Assembly (NCBI GenBank): GCA_900321565.1
Contig: ONWQ01000428.1
Span: forward strand, 1 to 55,811
Source of the DNA: an uncultured Eubacteriales bacterium
GTDB lineage: Bacteria > Bacillota > Clostridia > Christensenellales > Aristaeellaceae
Reading direction: 5' to 3'
DNA: 55,811 nucleotides
The position numbers and the translations under genes are program-made. Positions 1 to 9,064 of this stretch are shown here, in pieces (within the stretch, counting starts at the first letter, position 1; the number at the start of each line of letters is the position of its first letter). Under the pieces are notes generated by a model. It did not search any database. It saw nothing but the letters and a program-made list of their open reading frames with translations, and had not been told where the DNA came from.

Positions 1-18
1 CAGAAATAGTTTTTTCAT
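1..18 (-). CDS. 5' end of an unidentified gene running off the left edge (MKKLFL..., signal-peptide-like start)
   Basis: Reverse complement of 1-40 reads AAGGAGGAG-A-ATG-AAG-ATG-AAA-AAA-CTA-TTT-CTG. The ATG at 18-16 lies about 9 nt from the SD core, and an in-frame ATG also exists at 24-22. Only 6-8 codons are visible, so no product can be called. Confidence 0.3.
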
Positions 19-161
19 CTTCATTCTCCTCCTTGTGATCAGAAGCATCAAAGGATCAAGCGATCAGTGATCGGTCTGATGTGAAAACAATTATAGCATT
101 TTGATTATTATGGTAAAGAAAGATCTTGTGTTTTTCTTGTTTTTTGAAGCAATAACAGGTC

Positions 162-190
162 TTGCCAAACCCTGCACCCTGTGATATATC
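162..190 (+). promoter_or_regulatory. Candidate sigma-A promoter for the first MATE gene (TTGCCA-17 nt-TATATC with TG at -15/-14)
   Basis: TTGCCA at 162-167, a 17-nt spacer, TG at 182-183 and TATATC at 185-190, about 35 nt upstream of the ATG at 224. Pattern match only. Confidence 0.35.
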
Positions 191-223
191 TCCTGCGCAG
201 TGATGAACAAGGAGGTACCCGGC

Positions 224-1618
224 ATGCAGAAGAACCGTGCGCGCAATGAAGTACAGACAGGCATGATTGAAGGAGCGATCGGACGACAGCTGTTGCTGTT
301 CTTCTTTCCGATTCTGCTGGGAACATTTTTTCAGCAGCTTTATAATACTGTAGATGCCATGATTGTCGGTAAGGCGGTTGGCAAGGAAGCATTGGCGGCT
401 GTGGGCGGCGCAACGGGCACGCTGATTAATCTGCTGGTCGGCTTCTTTGTTGGTATTTCATCCGGCGCGACAGTTGTGCTTTCCCAGTGTTATGGAGCCA
501 GGGATCAGAGAAGTGTCCGGAAAACCGTGCATACTTCTGTTGTGATGGCAGTGGTTTTCGGTGCGATCCTGACAACACTGGGTCTCCTGCTTTCCAGACA
601 GATGCTGCTTATGATGAAGACTCCGTCAGATGTACTCCCGCATGCCGTCAGCTATCTGCGTATCTATTTTCTGGGCATGATTCCCCAGATGATTTTCAAC
701 ATGGGCTCGGGTCTCCTGCGTGCAGTCGGGGATTCACGCAGACCATTATATTTTCTGATGACGGCAGCGCTGACAAATATTGTACTCGATGTTATTCTGG
801 TCATTGGTGCGGATATGGGCGTGCGCGGTGCGGCGATTGCAACGGTTATCAGTCAGATGGCTGCAGGTGGTCTTGTTCTTGCTACCCTGATACGGAGCCC
901 GGGCAGTATGCACCTTTCAGTGCGGGAACTGAAACCGGATACAGGAATCCTGGTGCGGATCGTACGCATCGGGTTGCCAGCAGGCCTTCAGTCTGTCATG
1001 TATTCTGTGAGTAATGTGCTGATTCAGTCTGCCGTAAACGGGTTTGACACAGATGTACTGGCAGGCTGGACCGCATACGGAAAGATTGACGGATTGTTCT
1101 GGATGATGATCAATGCATTCGGAGTGGCTATGACGACATTCTCGGGTCAGAATTTTGGCGCGGGACAGTATGAACGTCTGAAAAAAGGGGTACGGACCTG
1201 TCTGGCACAGTCCGCTGTCGCGTCCGTGCTCATGTCACTACTTCTGCTGATATTCGGACCGGTGCTGTATACACTTTTTACCAACGATCCGGTTGTAATG
1301 CAGCAGGGGATGGACATCCTCAGGTTTCTGGTTCCTTTCTGGGTCACCTATGTCTGCGTTGAAGTGCTGTCCGGTGCCGTCAGGGGCAGCGGGGATTCTC
1401 TGATTCCGACCATGCTGACACTGTTCGGAGTATGTCTGGTCAGAGTTGCATGGATTCTCTTCTATCTGCCGGGTCATCACACAATGCGTACAGTCTTGGT
1501 GAGCTATCCGATGACATGGGTCCTGACATCCGTGTTGTTTATTCTGTATTACAGGTATGGCGGATGGCTGAAGCGACGGATCGCAGCGCAGGAAACGCTG
1601 AACAGACAGCAGGGTTGA
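224..1618 (+). CDS. MATE family efflux transporter
   Basis: The ORF 200-1618 is a 12-TM-like hydrophobic protein. It has the typical MATE N-terminus (LLLFFFPILLGTFFQQLYNTVDAMIVGK) and a second-half repeat (GLPAGLQSVMYSVSNVLIQSAVN). AAGGAGG at 209-215 sits 8 nt before the ATG at 224, so I prefer that start over GTG 200 or ATG 203. Confidence 0.9.
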   Translation: MQKNRARNEVQTGMIEGAIGRQLLLFFFPILLGTFFQQLYNTVDAMIVGKAVGKEALAAVGGATGTLINLLVGFFVGISSGATVVLSQCYGARDQRSVRKTVHTSVVMAVVFGAILTTLGLLLSRQMLLMMKTPSDVLPHAVSYLRIYFLGMIPQMIFNMGSGLLRAVGDSRRPLYFLMTAALTNIVLDVILVIGADMGVRGAAIATVISQMAAGGLVLATLIRSPGSMHLSVRELKPDTGILVRIVRIGLPAGLQSVMYSVSNVLIQSAVNGFDTDVLAGWTAYGKIDGLFWMMINAFGVAMTTFSGQNFGAGQYERLKKGVRTCLAQSAVASVLMSLLLLIFGPVLYTLFTNDPVVMQQGMDILRFLVPFWVTYVCVEVLSGAVRGSGDSLIPTMLTLFGVCLVRVAWILFYLPGHHTMRTVLVSYPMTWVLTSVLFILYYRYGGWLKRRIAAQETLNRQQG

Positions 1619-1725
1619 ACTGAAACACACGGAAGGAAAGTCTGAGCGCTTGACGAATACCAGACAGCTGGTCCGGAAAGTGATGGGACCGCACAGAACC
1701 CAAACAGAAGGATAAGGATTAACAT

Positions 1726-4700
1726 ATGAAAACATATCTTGCGGGCATGGATGTCGGATCAACAACAGTCAAACTGATCATTCTTGATGAGGCTGGCCGG
1801 TTGATGTTTGGCGCTTATGAACGCCATGGCGCGAGAACTCAGGAAACGCTGCTGCGGTTGCTGAAGCAGGCGCAGTCACAGCTGGGACCATGCGAAATAC
1901 GCCCGGCAGCAACCGGTTCCGGCGCCATGAATCTGTGTAAGGCTTTACATATCCCGTTCGTACAGGAAGTGGTTTCTGTAGCCGAGGCAATCGAAGACAG
2001 GTACCCTCAGACCGATGTGGCCATAGAACTGGGCGGTGAGGATGCAAAAATCATATATTTCCGGGGTGGACTGGAAGAACGCATGAATGGCGTGTGTGCA
2101 GGCGGCACCGGAGCATTCATAGACCAGATGGCAGCGCTGATGCAGACAGATGCCACAGGGCTTGATCAGGAGGCTGCAAACTATCAGGAGATTTATCCGA
2201 TTGCTGCACGGTGCGGAGTGTTCGCCAAGTCGGACATTCAGCCACTGATCAATGACGGGGCAACAAGACCGGACCTGGCAGCTTCCATTTTTCAGGCTGT
2301 TGTAAACCAGACGATATCAGGACTTGCGTGCGGAAAGCCCATACGTGGTACGGTTACCTTTCTCGGAGGACCATTGTATTTTCTTCCACAGCTGAGAGCA
2401 GCTTTCATCAGGACTCTGCACCTGACAGACGAAACAGCTATTGCTCCTGAACAGGCACACCTTTTTGCTGCAATCGGTGCAGCATTACTGGCAAAACAAC
2501 ATGAGGCAGTATCACTGGACTCTCTTGTCCATACCATGTCGGACGGAGTCATGGTGACCTATGAACTGAAGCGGATGGAGCCGCTGTTTGAGTCCAGAGA
2601 CGATTTTTACGAATTCACAGCCCGCCATGATCTTGCGTATGTGCCGGTGGGGAATATTGAACAGTATCATGGCAACTGCTTTCTGGGCGTGGATGCAGGA
2701 AGCACCACGACGAAGCTGGTACTGATCAGTGAAGCCGGGCAGCTGCTGTGGTCTTTTTATGCAAACAATCAGGGTTCGCCTCTGAAGACCGCACTTCGGG
2801 CAATCGGTGAACTGAAAAAGATTCTTCCGGAGACTGCACGGATTGTACGTTCCTGCTCAACAGGTTATGGCGAGGAACTGATGCGAACAGCGTTCCATAT
2901 GGAAGATGGTGAAGTGGAGACAGTAGCCCATGCAACGGCGGCAGCGTTTTTTGATCCGGATGTAGACTGCGTGCTGGATATCGGCGGACAGGATATGAAG
3001 TATATCCGTCTGAAAAACGGCGCGGTGGATACTGTGCTGCTGAATGAAGCATGCTCCTCCGGTTGTGGATCGTTTCTGGAAAGTTTCGCGGTAAGTCTCG
3101 GATACAGTGTGGAAAGCTTTGCCATGGAAGCCATACGGTCCCGGCATCCGATTGATCTGGGTACACGCTGTACGGTGTTTATGAACAGCAATGTCAAGCA
3201 GGCACAGAAGGAAGGCGCAGCTGTCGAAGACATAGCTGCAGGACTTGCATATTCAGTCATACGGAATGCGCTCTATAAGGTGATCAAGCTGACAGATGCC
3301 TCGGAAATGGGGCAGCATGTTGTTGTACAGGGCGGAACTTTTCTGAATCCGTCGGTTCTGCGCGCGTTCGAAAAAATCGCCGGGATTGATGCGATTCGAC
3401 CGAATATCGCAGGATTGATGGGTGCTTTTGGTGCAGCTCTTCTTGCCAGAGACAGGTATGATGGCGGGGAAACCACAACGCTTTCACTGGATGCCATGCT
3501 TTCCCTTTCATGGGAAACGGATACACGGCATTGTGAATTCTGTCAGAATCACTGTATGCTGACAGAGACCATCTTTCCCGGGGGCCGGAAACATATTACG
3601 GGAAACCGATGTGAGCGTGGACTTGGAAAGGGTCAGACCCGGGAAAAAAGTCCGAATATGCAGGAATATAAGCTGAAGCGGATTTTTGGGTACAAGAGCT
3701 TGGCGGAAAAGGATGCACCGAGGGGAACCATAGGGATTCCACGTGTGCTGAATATCTGGGAAAACTATCCGCTGTGGCACACCTTTTTTACGCATCTGGG
3801 GTTCAGGGTGGTTGTTTCACCCGCATCATCCAGGAAAATCTATTCCCGGGGTATGGAATCTATTCCGTCCGAGAGCGAATGCTATCCGGCCAAGCTGGCA
3901 CACGGACATGTTCAGTATCTGATCGATCACTCAATCGATACCATTTTTCATCCCAGTGTTTTTTATGAATATCAGGAAGAAGCCGGTGCTCAGAATCACT
4001 ATAACTGTCCGATTGTATGTGCATACCCTGAAAACCTGAAGAATAACGTGGAGGACATTGTAGAAGGAAAAGTACGGTTTATTCGTCCGTTTGTGAGTCT
4101 GGAAAACGAGCAGATCTTTACGGAGCGTATGGTCCGGCTCTGCCGGGAAGAATGGCAGATTCCTGCCGCGCAGGTTCAGAGTGCAGCCCATGCTGCATGG
4201 CAGGAACAGCGCCAGGCGAAAGCAGATATCCGGTCTGAAGGCAGCCGCGTCCTTAAATGGATGCAGGACCATCATCGGAAAGGCATACTGCTGGCAGGAC
4301 GGCCTTACCACACGGATCCGGAGATACATCACGGGATTTCACAGATGATTGCAGAGTATGGCCTTGCCGTACTGACAGAGGACAGTGTGCCTGAGAGCTT
4401 TCAGTCGGTCCGACCGCTGCGGGTCAATGATCAGTGGGTGTATCATTCACGGCTCTATACTGCTGCTCAGTTTGTGACAACAAGGGACGATCTTGAACTC
4501 GTACAGCTGAACTCCTTTGGCTGCGGCCTTGATGCAGTCACAGTGGACCAGGTCAATGATATACTGGTTTCAGGCGGGAAACTCCATACGGTGCTGAAAA
4601 TTGATGAGGTCAGCAATCTTGGAGCAGCGCGGATCCGAATCCGTTCACTGCTTGCAGCCATGAAGGTACATGATGCGGGCGGGACGTTTGTACCGGCACA

Positions 4701-5973
4701 TCCTGAGCCGTATGTGAGGACGATTTATACCCGGGAAATGCAGAAAGAAGGATATACAATCCTGGCACCGGCGATGAGCCCGATTCATTTTGACATTCTG
4801 GAGCAGCTGTTCAGACGCTATGGGTATCATCTGGTCATGCTGCATAATGATACACGGACCGCGATCGATATGGGGCTGAAGTTTGTCAACAATGATGCCT
4901 GTTATCCGTCGATCATAACCGTAGGTCAGATGATGGAGGCTGTGCTTTCCGGCAGGTATGATACGGATCATCTGGCTCTGATGATGAGCCAGACCGGCGG
5001 CTGCTGCCGTGCCAGTAATTATGTCGGGTTTATACGGCGTGCACTCGCCAAAGCCGGAATGAGTCATATTCCCGTAATTTCGGTGAACCTGAATGGTATG
5101 GAAACCAATCCGGGATTCCGTCCGCCGCTTGCTCTGATCCTTGGATCAGCCAAGACACTGCTTCTTGGTGATCTGCTCGGAAAATGTCTTTTGCGTATGC
5201 GTCCCTACGAAAAGGAAGCGGGAAGCGCTGACAGGCTGTTCGAGCACTGGAAGAAGATCATTATCGAGGATCTTACCGGCGTTCATCCTTATGGCAAGAA
5301 AGGATATATTGATATTTGCCGGGACCTGGTGGATGATTTTGATCATTTGCCGATTCATGAAGACCTTCGGAAGCCCAGAGTGGGTATTGTCGGGGAAATA
5401 CTGGTCAAGTATATGCCGTTTGCCAACAATCATCTGGTGGAAGTGCTGGAACAGGAAGGTGCGGAAGCATGTGTTCCGGACCTGATCGATTTTTTCTGTT
5501 ATACACTTTATAATGCAAATTATAAAGCGGAGTTCCTTGGAAAGAGCGCTTCAGTTGCCTGGCTGCACAATCAGGGACTGAAGGTCATACGGTACTTCAG
5601 AAAGCCTGTGCTGGAAGCTCTGAAAAAGTCCAGGCATTTCCAGCCTTCAGCAGACATTGACCATATTGCGGATCTTGCGCGGCCTGTTCTTTCCATGGGC
5701 AATCAGTATGGTGAGGGATGGTTTCTCTGCGGTGAAATGGCGGAGCTTCTGGAGAGCGGATACCCGAATATTGTATGCATTCAGCCATTTGCCTGTCTGC
5801 CGAATCACATAGTAGGCAAGGGCGTAATCAAAAAACTGAAACAGACATATCCGGAAGCAAACATTGTAGCAGTGGATTTTGATCCGGGAGCAAGTGAAGT
5901 CAATCAGCTGAACCGGATTAAGCTGATGCTGGCTGCGGCCAGAAAAAACATGCAGTCTGATTTTAACGCTTAA
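1726..5973 (+). CDS. Fused acyl-CoA dehydratase activase-related protein (two BcrAD/BadFG/HgdC-type ATPase domains plus a C-terminal YjiM/DUF2229-like region)
   Basis: 1415-aa ORF with an AAGGA SD upstream. It contains two actin-fold ATPase modules (GMDVGSTTVKLIIL...VCAGGTGAFID and GVDAGSTTTKLVLI...ACSSGCGSFLE), followed by a Cys cluster (HCEFCQNHC...GNRCERG) and a long C-terminal region typical of this fusion family. Confidence 0.9.
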   Translation: MKTYLAGMDVGSTTVKLIILDEAGRLMFGAYERHGARTQETLLRLLKQAQSQLGPCEIRPAATGSGAMNLCKALHIPFVQEVVSVAEAIEDRYPQTDVAIELGGEDAKIIYFRGGLEERMNGVCAGGTGAFIDQMAALMQTDATGLDQEAANYQEIYPIAARCGVFAKSDIQPLINDGATRPDLAASIFQAVVNQTISGLACGKPIRGTVTFLGGPLYFLPQLRAAFIRTLHLTDETAIAPEQAHLFAAIGAALLAKQHEAVSLDSLVHTMSDGVMVTYELKRMEPLFESRDDFYEFTARHDLAYVPVGNIEQYHGNCFLGVDAGSTTTKLVLISEAGQLLWSFYANNQGSPLKTALRAIGELKKILPETARIVRSCSTGYGEELMRTAFHMEDGEVETVAHATAAAFFDPDVDCVLDIGGQDMKYIRLKNGAVDTVLLNEACSSGCGSFLESFAVSLGYSVESFAMEAIRSRHPIDLGTRCTVFMNSNVKQAQKEGAAVEDIAAGLAYSVIRNALYKVIKLTDASEMGQHVVVQGGTFLNPSVLRAFEKIAGIDAIRPNIAGLMGAFGAALLARDRYDGGETTTLSLDAMLSLSWETDTRHCEFCQNHCMLTETIFPGGRKHITGNRCERGLGKGQTREKSPNMQEYKLKRIFGYKSLAEKDAPRGTIGIPRVLNIWENYPLWHTFFTHLGFRVVVSPASSRKIYSRGMESIPSESECYPAKLAHGHVQYLIDHSIDTIFHPSVFYEYQEEAGAQNHYNCPIVCAYPENLKNNVEDIVEGKVRFIRPFVSLENEQIFTERMVRLCREEWQIPAAQVQSAAHAAWQEQRQAKADIRSEGSRVLKWMQDHHRKGILLAGRPYHTDPEIHHGISQMIAEYGLAVLTEDSVPESFQSVRPLRVNDQWVYHSRLYTAAQFVTTRDDLELVQLNSFGCGLDAVTVDQVNDILVSGGKLHTVLKIDEVSNLGAARIRIRSLLAAMKVHDAGGTFVPAHPEPYVRTIYTREMQKEGYTILAPAMSPIHFDILEQLFRRYGYHLVMLHNDTRTAIDMGLKFVNNDACYPSIITVGQMMEAVLSGRYDTDHLALMMSQTGGCCRASNYVGFIRRALAKAGMSHIPVISVNLNGMETNPGFRPPLALILGSAKTLLLGDLLGKCLLRMRPYEKEAGSADRLFEHWKKIIIEDLTGVHPYGKKGYIDICRDLVDDFDHLPIHEDLRKPRVGIVGEILVKYMPFANNHLVEVLEQEGAEACVPDLIDFFCYTLYNANYKAEFLGKSASVAWLHNQGLKVIRYFRKPVLEALKKSRHFQPSADIDHIADLARPVLSMGNQYGEGWFLCGEMAELLESGYPNIVCIQPFACLPNHIVGKGVIKKLKQTYPEANIVAVDFDPGASEVNQLNRIKLMLAAARKNMQSDFNA

Positions 5974-5988
5974 AAGGAGTCTGCAGGC

Positions 5989-6702
5989 ATGAGAGCATTA
6001 TTTCAGAAAGGAATTCGACATGGCGTGCCTATTGGGCTGGGATATCTGTCAGTATCCTTTGCATTCGGGATACAAGCGATTGCAGCGGGTCTTACGCCGT
6101 GGGAAGCACTCCTGATCTCTATGACCAATCTTACCAGTGCAGGCCAGCTGGCTGGCATTGGGCTGATTGCAACACAGGCACCGCTGGTGGAAATGGCACT
6201 GGCTCAGTTTACGATTAACCTGAGGTATGCACTGATGAGCCTGTCGCTGTCGCAGAAGATGGGACCGGATATGGGGACCGGAAAAAGGATGATCTTTGCC
6301 TTTGGAAATACGGATGAAATTTTTGCAGTGGCCATGACTCAGCCTGGAACTTTGCGGTTCCCCTATCTTGCAGGCCTTATGGTAGTACCGTATATCGGAT
6401 GGTCACTTGGGACTTTTCTCGGTGCGGCTGCCGGAAGTCTGCTTCCGGTGTTTGTACGGAATGTGCTTGGCATTGCAATCTATGGAATGTTCCTGGCGGT
6501 TGTTCTGCCCGCGGCCAGGAAAGACCGGGCGATCTGTGTGGCAGCAACCATAGCCGGACTGATCAGTCTCGGGCTTCGGTATTTGCCATGGGCACAGGGA
6601 CTGTCAGGCGGATATCGGATGATACTCTGCGCAGTCCTGGCGTCGTGTATTGCGGCCGCATTGTTTCCGGTGCCGGACGGAGAAGAGGAGGAGAAGCCAT
6701 GA
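5989..6702 (+). CDS. azlC: AzlC family branched-chain amino acid exporter subunit
   Basis: 237-aa membrane protein with an AGGAG SD. The N-terminus (GVPIGLGYLSVSFAFGIQAIAAGL...TNLTSAGQLAG) is typical of AzlC, and an AzlD-like gene follows with a stop/start overlap. Confidence 0.85.
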   Translation: MRALFQKGIRHGVPIGLGYLSVSFAFGIQAIAAGLTPWEALLISMTNLTSAGQLAGIGLIATQAPLVEMALAQFTINLRYALMSLSLSQKMGPDMGTGKRMIFAFGNTDEIFAVAMTQPGTLRFPYLAGLMVVPYIGWSLGTFLGAAAGSLLPVFVRNVLGIAIYGMFLAVVLPAARKDRAICVAATIAGLISLGLRYLPWAQGLSGGYRMILCAVLASCIAAALFPVPDGEEEEKP

Positions 6703-7040
6703 CATTTTCTGCTTTTGTTCCTTATCTTCTGGTTATGGCACTTGTTACATATCTTATCCGGATGCTGCCACTGGTACTGATGAGGAAGCAGATCCGGAAT
6801 CGGTTTCTGAAATCTTTCCTGCAGTATATTCCGTATACGGTCCTGACAGCCATGATTGTGCCGGACATAGTGTATTCGACCGGGTATGTCAGTGGTGGTG
6901 ATCCGCAGGCGCTGATTTCAGCACTGGCCGGTATGGTTGCAGGTGTTCTGGCAGCCTGGCGTGGCAAGGGACTGCTGTTTGTTGCCATAGCAGCATGTCT
7001 GGGTGTGGCGGCCGCACAGGGAATACTGATGTTCTTCTGA
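6699..7040 (+). CDS. azlD: AzlD family branched-chain amino acid transport protein
   Basis: The ATG at 6699 overlaps the azlC TGA (ATGA). The product is a 113-aa hydrophobic protein (MTFSAFVPYLLVMALVTYLIRMLPLVLMRKQ...). The longer ORF beginning at 6399 overlaps azlC in another frame and is rejected. Confidence 0.8.
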   Translation: MTFSAFVPYLLVMALVTYLIRMLPLVLMRKQIRNRFLKSFLQYIPYTVLTAMIVPDIVYSTGYVSGGDPQALISALAGMVAGVLAAWRGKGLLFVAIAACLGVAAAQGILMFF

Positions 7041-7120
7041 TGCTATTCTCAAAAAAACCGGCATGATTAGCAGTGTATACGATAATCATTCTGGAAGGAT
7101 GGTTGTGGGATACTGAAATT

Positions 7121-7163
7121 AAAAGCGACATCACGTGGCAGAATTGCCGGTGATGTCGCTTTT
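7121..7163. terminator. Bidirectional rho-independent terminator between convergent azlD and the ATPase gene
   Basis: AAAAGCGACATCAC (7121-7134) pairs with GTGATGTCGCTTTT (7150-7163) around a 15-nt loop. The stem has an A-run on one side and a T-run on the other. Confidence 0.6.
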
Positions 7164-7175
7164 CAGTTTAAGGAA

Positions 7176-8219
7176 TCAGAAAGGAAAATCGATAGCGTCC
7201 GGGTCTTCGGAATGATCCGTTTCAGAAAGAATGAATGTTTCCATAAAATCGGAGGGAATCATAAGTGTACGCTCACGTTCAAATGGAAACAGATAATGAT
7301 AATAAAACCGCGCAAGAGGATCGGCAAACCGATAGGCAATTTCCTGACGTTTACCGGGGATCAGTGGTCCGACCTTTTTTTCAACAATGCCTATAGAGGT
7401 CAGCTTTTTAAGCAGGTCAACCAGAGTCGGGCTGGTGGAAGTATGCGCAAACACAAGAATTTCCTTGAAAGTTGAGCAACCGTGTGCTATGGCAAGAAGA
7501 ACAGCGTTCAGATTGGCAGCCTGTTTGTTGTACCGGGTAATATAATCCGGTATGTAGTGCGCAAGAGGCGCCTGTGGCTCGATCAGCAGGTGCAAAATGT
7601 TTTCACGTGCACTTTTTTTAGGATCGATCATGGACAGGTAAAAAGGTACGGAGCCAATATGATAATAAAGCAGTTCCTGATCTTCTTCAGGAAGGGAAGG
7701 ATAGAATCGATAAGCGTCATCCCGGGTCAGAGGCTGAAGCTGAATCAGCAGGTCTGCTGTTGAGAATGCCTTCTGAGGCAGAAATGCAGTCTGGCCGACA
7801 AGCAGGATATGAAGACGTGAGTCTGTGCGGAAGGCAGTGTGCAGATCCTGAATTGTCGGAAGCAACCCCGGGCATGCTTTACAGGCATCATGGAAATTGT
7901 CCAGTACCAGGAGAATATGCTCCGATTCAGCTTTATGAAACAGCCATGAGAACAATTGGTGCAGGGAAGCGTGTTCATCCTGTGGCGCATCCTCAAAGGA
8001 AGCAGCCAGCGCATGCCGGAAAGAGGATGTCAAGAGGGGCTCGTCTACCATGTGTCCAACATCATAAACGCTTCGGACATCACTGTGCTGCATAACTTCC
8101 AGAGCCAGACGTGTCAGCCCCATACCAGAGCGGCCGTGGATCAGGGCAACCGTGGACTCCTCCGACTTCAGCTGATCACACAAGCGATGGTATTCGGTCT
8201 CTCTGCCAATCATTTTCAT
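7176..8219 (-). CDS. ATPase (archaeal-ATPase/ATPase_2-like) plus DUF234-like winged-helix protein with degenerate Walker A and B motifs
   Basis: GGAGG lies 8 nt upstream of the ATG at 8219 (MKMIGRETEY...). The P-loop position reads GRSGMGLT (Lys replaced by Leu) and the Walker B position reads LLVLDNF (DE replaced by DN). The C-terminal half resembles DUF234. The family assignment is by eye. Confidence 0.7.
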   Translation of the reverse strand: MKMIGRETEYHRLCDQLKSEESTVALIHGRSGMGLTRLALEVMQHSDVRSVYDVGHMVDEPLLTSSFRHALAASFEDAPQDEHASLHQLFSWLFHKAESEHILLVLDNFHDACKACPGLLPTIQDLHTAFRTDSRLHILLVGQTAFLPQKAFSTADLLIQLQPLTRDDAYRFYPSLPEEDQELLYYHIGSVPFYLSMIDPKKSARENILHLLIEPQAPLAHYIPDYITRYNKQAANLNAVLLAIAHGCSTFKEILVFAHTSTSPTLVDLLKKLTSIGIVEKKVGPLIPGKRQEIAYRFADPLARFYYHYLFPFERERTLMIPSDFMETFILSETDHSEDPDAIDFPF

Positions 8220-8261
8220 TGTTTGTACCTCCGTCTGACAAAACATGACTGCTGGACTGGT

Positions 8262-9029
8262 TTACCGAACATAAAGGGTCAGGAAATGCAAGATTTCCGT
8301 ATCCCAGAGAGCCCATTCATGTGTACGATCGGGGATCTCCTCGTGCGTAAGATCAAATGCCGTCTTCTGAAGCGCTTTTACCAGCTTCAGGTGTGCGTTG
8401 TACAACGAATCTGCTGTACCGCAGGAAACATACAGACGAGGTAACACAGGTGAATTGCTGTGCTGCTTAGCAAGGTAGAACAGATCGTGTTGTGTATTCT
8501 TCAGGTTTGTGACTTTTCCGAATATGTTTCGGAACGTGTCTTTGTGCCAGTCTGAAGCGGCCATGGCCTGAATATCGACCGCACCGGAAAAAGATCCGGC
8601 GGCCGCATACCGTTCAGGATGTGTAAGAGCAAGCTTCAGTGCGCCATATCCACCCATGGAAAGACCTGCTACATAGGTATCCTGGGGATCTTCGGACAGG
8701 CGGAAAAACTGATGCATAACCCGAGGCAACTCTTCTGATACATAGTCCCAGTATCGTTCCCCGTGAATCTCATTGGTGTAAAACGAATGATTGACAGCGG
8801 GCATGACAACACAAAGATTATACTTGGCGGCATACCGCTCAATGCTGGTGCGGCGCATCCATATGGACTGATCGTCACTGTACCCGTGAAGAAGATACAG
8901 AACCTGAGGCAACGAACCGGTCTGGGATGTTGTGATGCCAATGCCCATGTCTGCTTCAGGCAGGATTACGTTTACCGTGGAAGCAACATCAAGACACTGT
9001 GAAAAAAACTGAACCTGACAGAATGCCAT
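8262..9029 (-). CDS. Esterase family alpha/beta hydrolase (esterase D / tributyrin esterase-like)
   Basis: 255-aa ORF with LYLLHGYSDD, the nucleophile elbow GLSMGGYGA, and a C-terminal His region (HEWALW). Confidence 0.85.
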   Translation of the reverse strand: MAFCQVQFFSQCLDVASTVNVILPEADMGIGITTSQTGSLPQVLYLLHGYSDDQSIWMRRTSIERYAAKYNLCVVMPAVNHSFYTNEIHGERYWDYVSEELPRVMHQFFRLSEDPQDTYVAGLSMGGYGALKLALTHPERYAAAGSFSGAVDIQAMAASDWHKDTFRNIFGKVTNLKNTQHDLFYLAKQHSNSPVLPRLYVSCGTADSLYNAHLKLVKALQKTAFDLTHEEIPDRTHEWALWDTEILHFLTLYVR

Positions 9030-9064
9030 GGCGTGTACCTTCTTTCATTGAAAGCCCTGGAAGA

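Noticed and set aside
108-413. A 101-aa minus-strand ORF spanning the MATE promoter and the 5' end of the MATE gene.
   Set aside because: It overlaps the MATE coding start. The product is rich in Pro, Arg and Cys with no features, and there is no SD.
6399-6698. An N-terminal extension of the azlD ORF (longest-ORF start at 6399).
   Set aside because: The extension overlaps azlC in another frame and encodes Arg/Cys/Gly-rich sequence. The ATG at 6699 overlaps the azlC stop and yields a typical AzlD.
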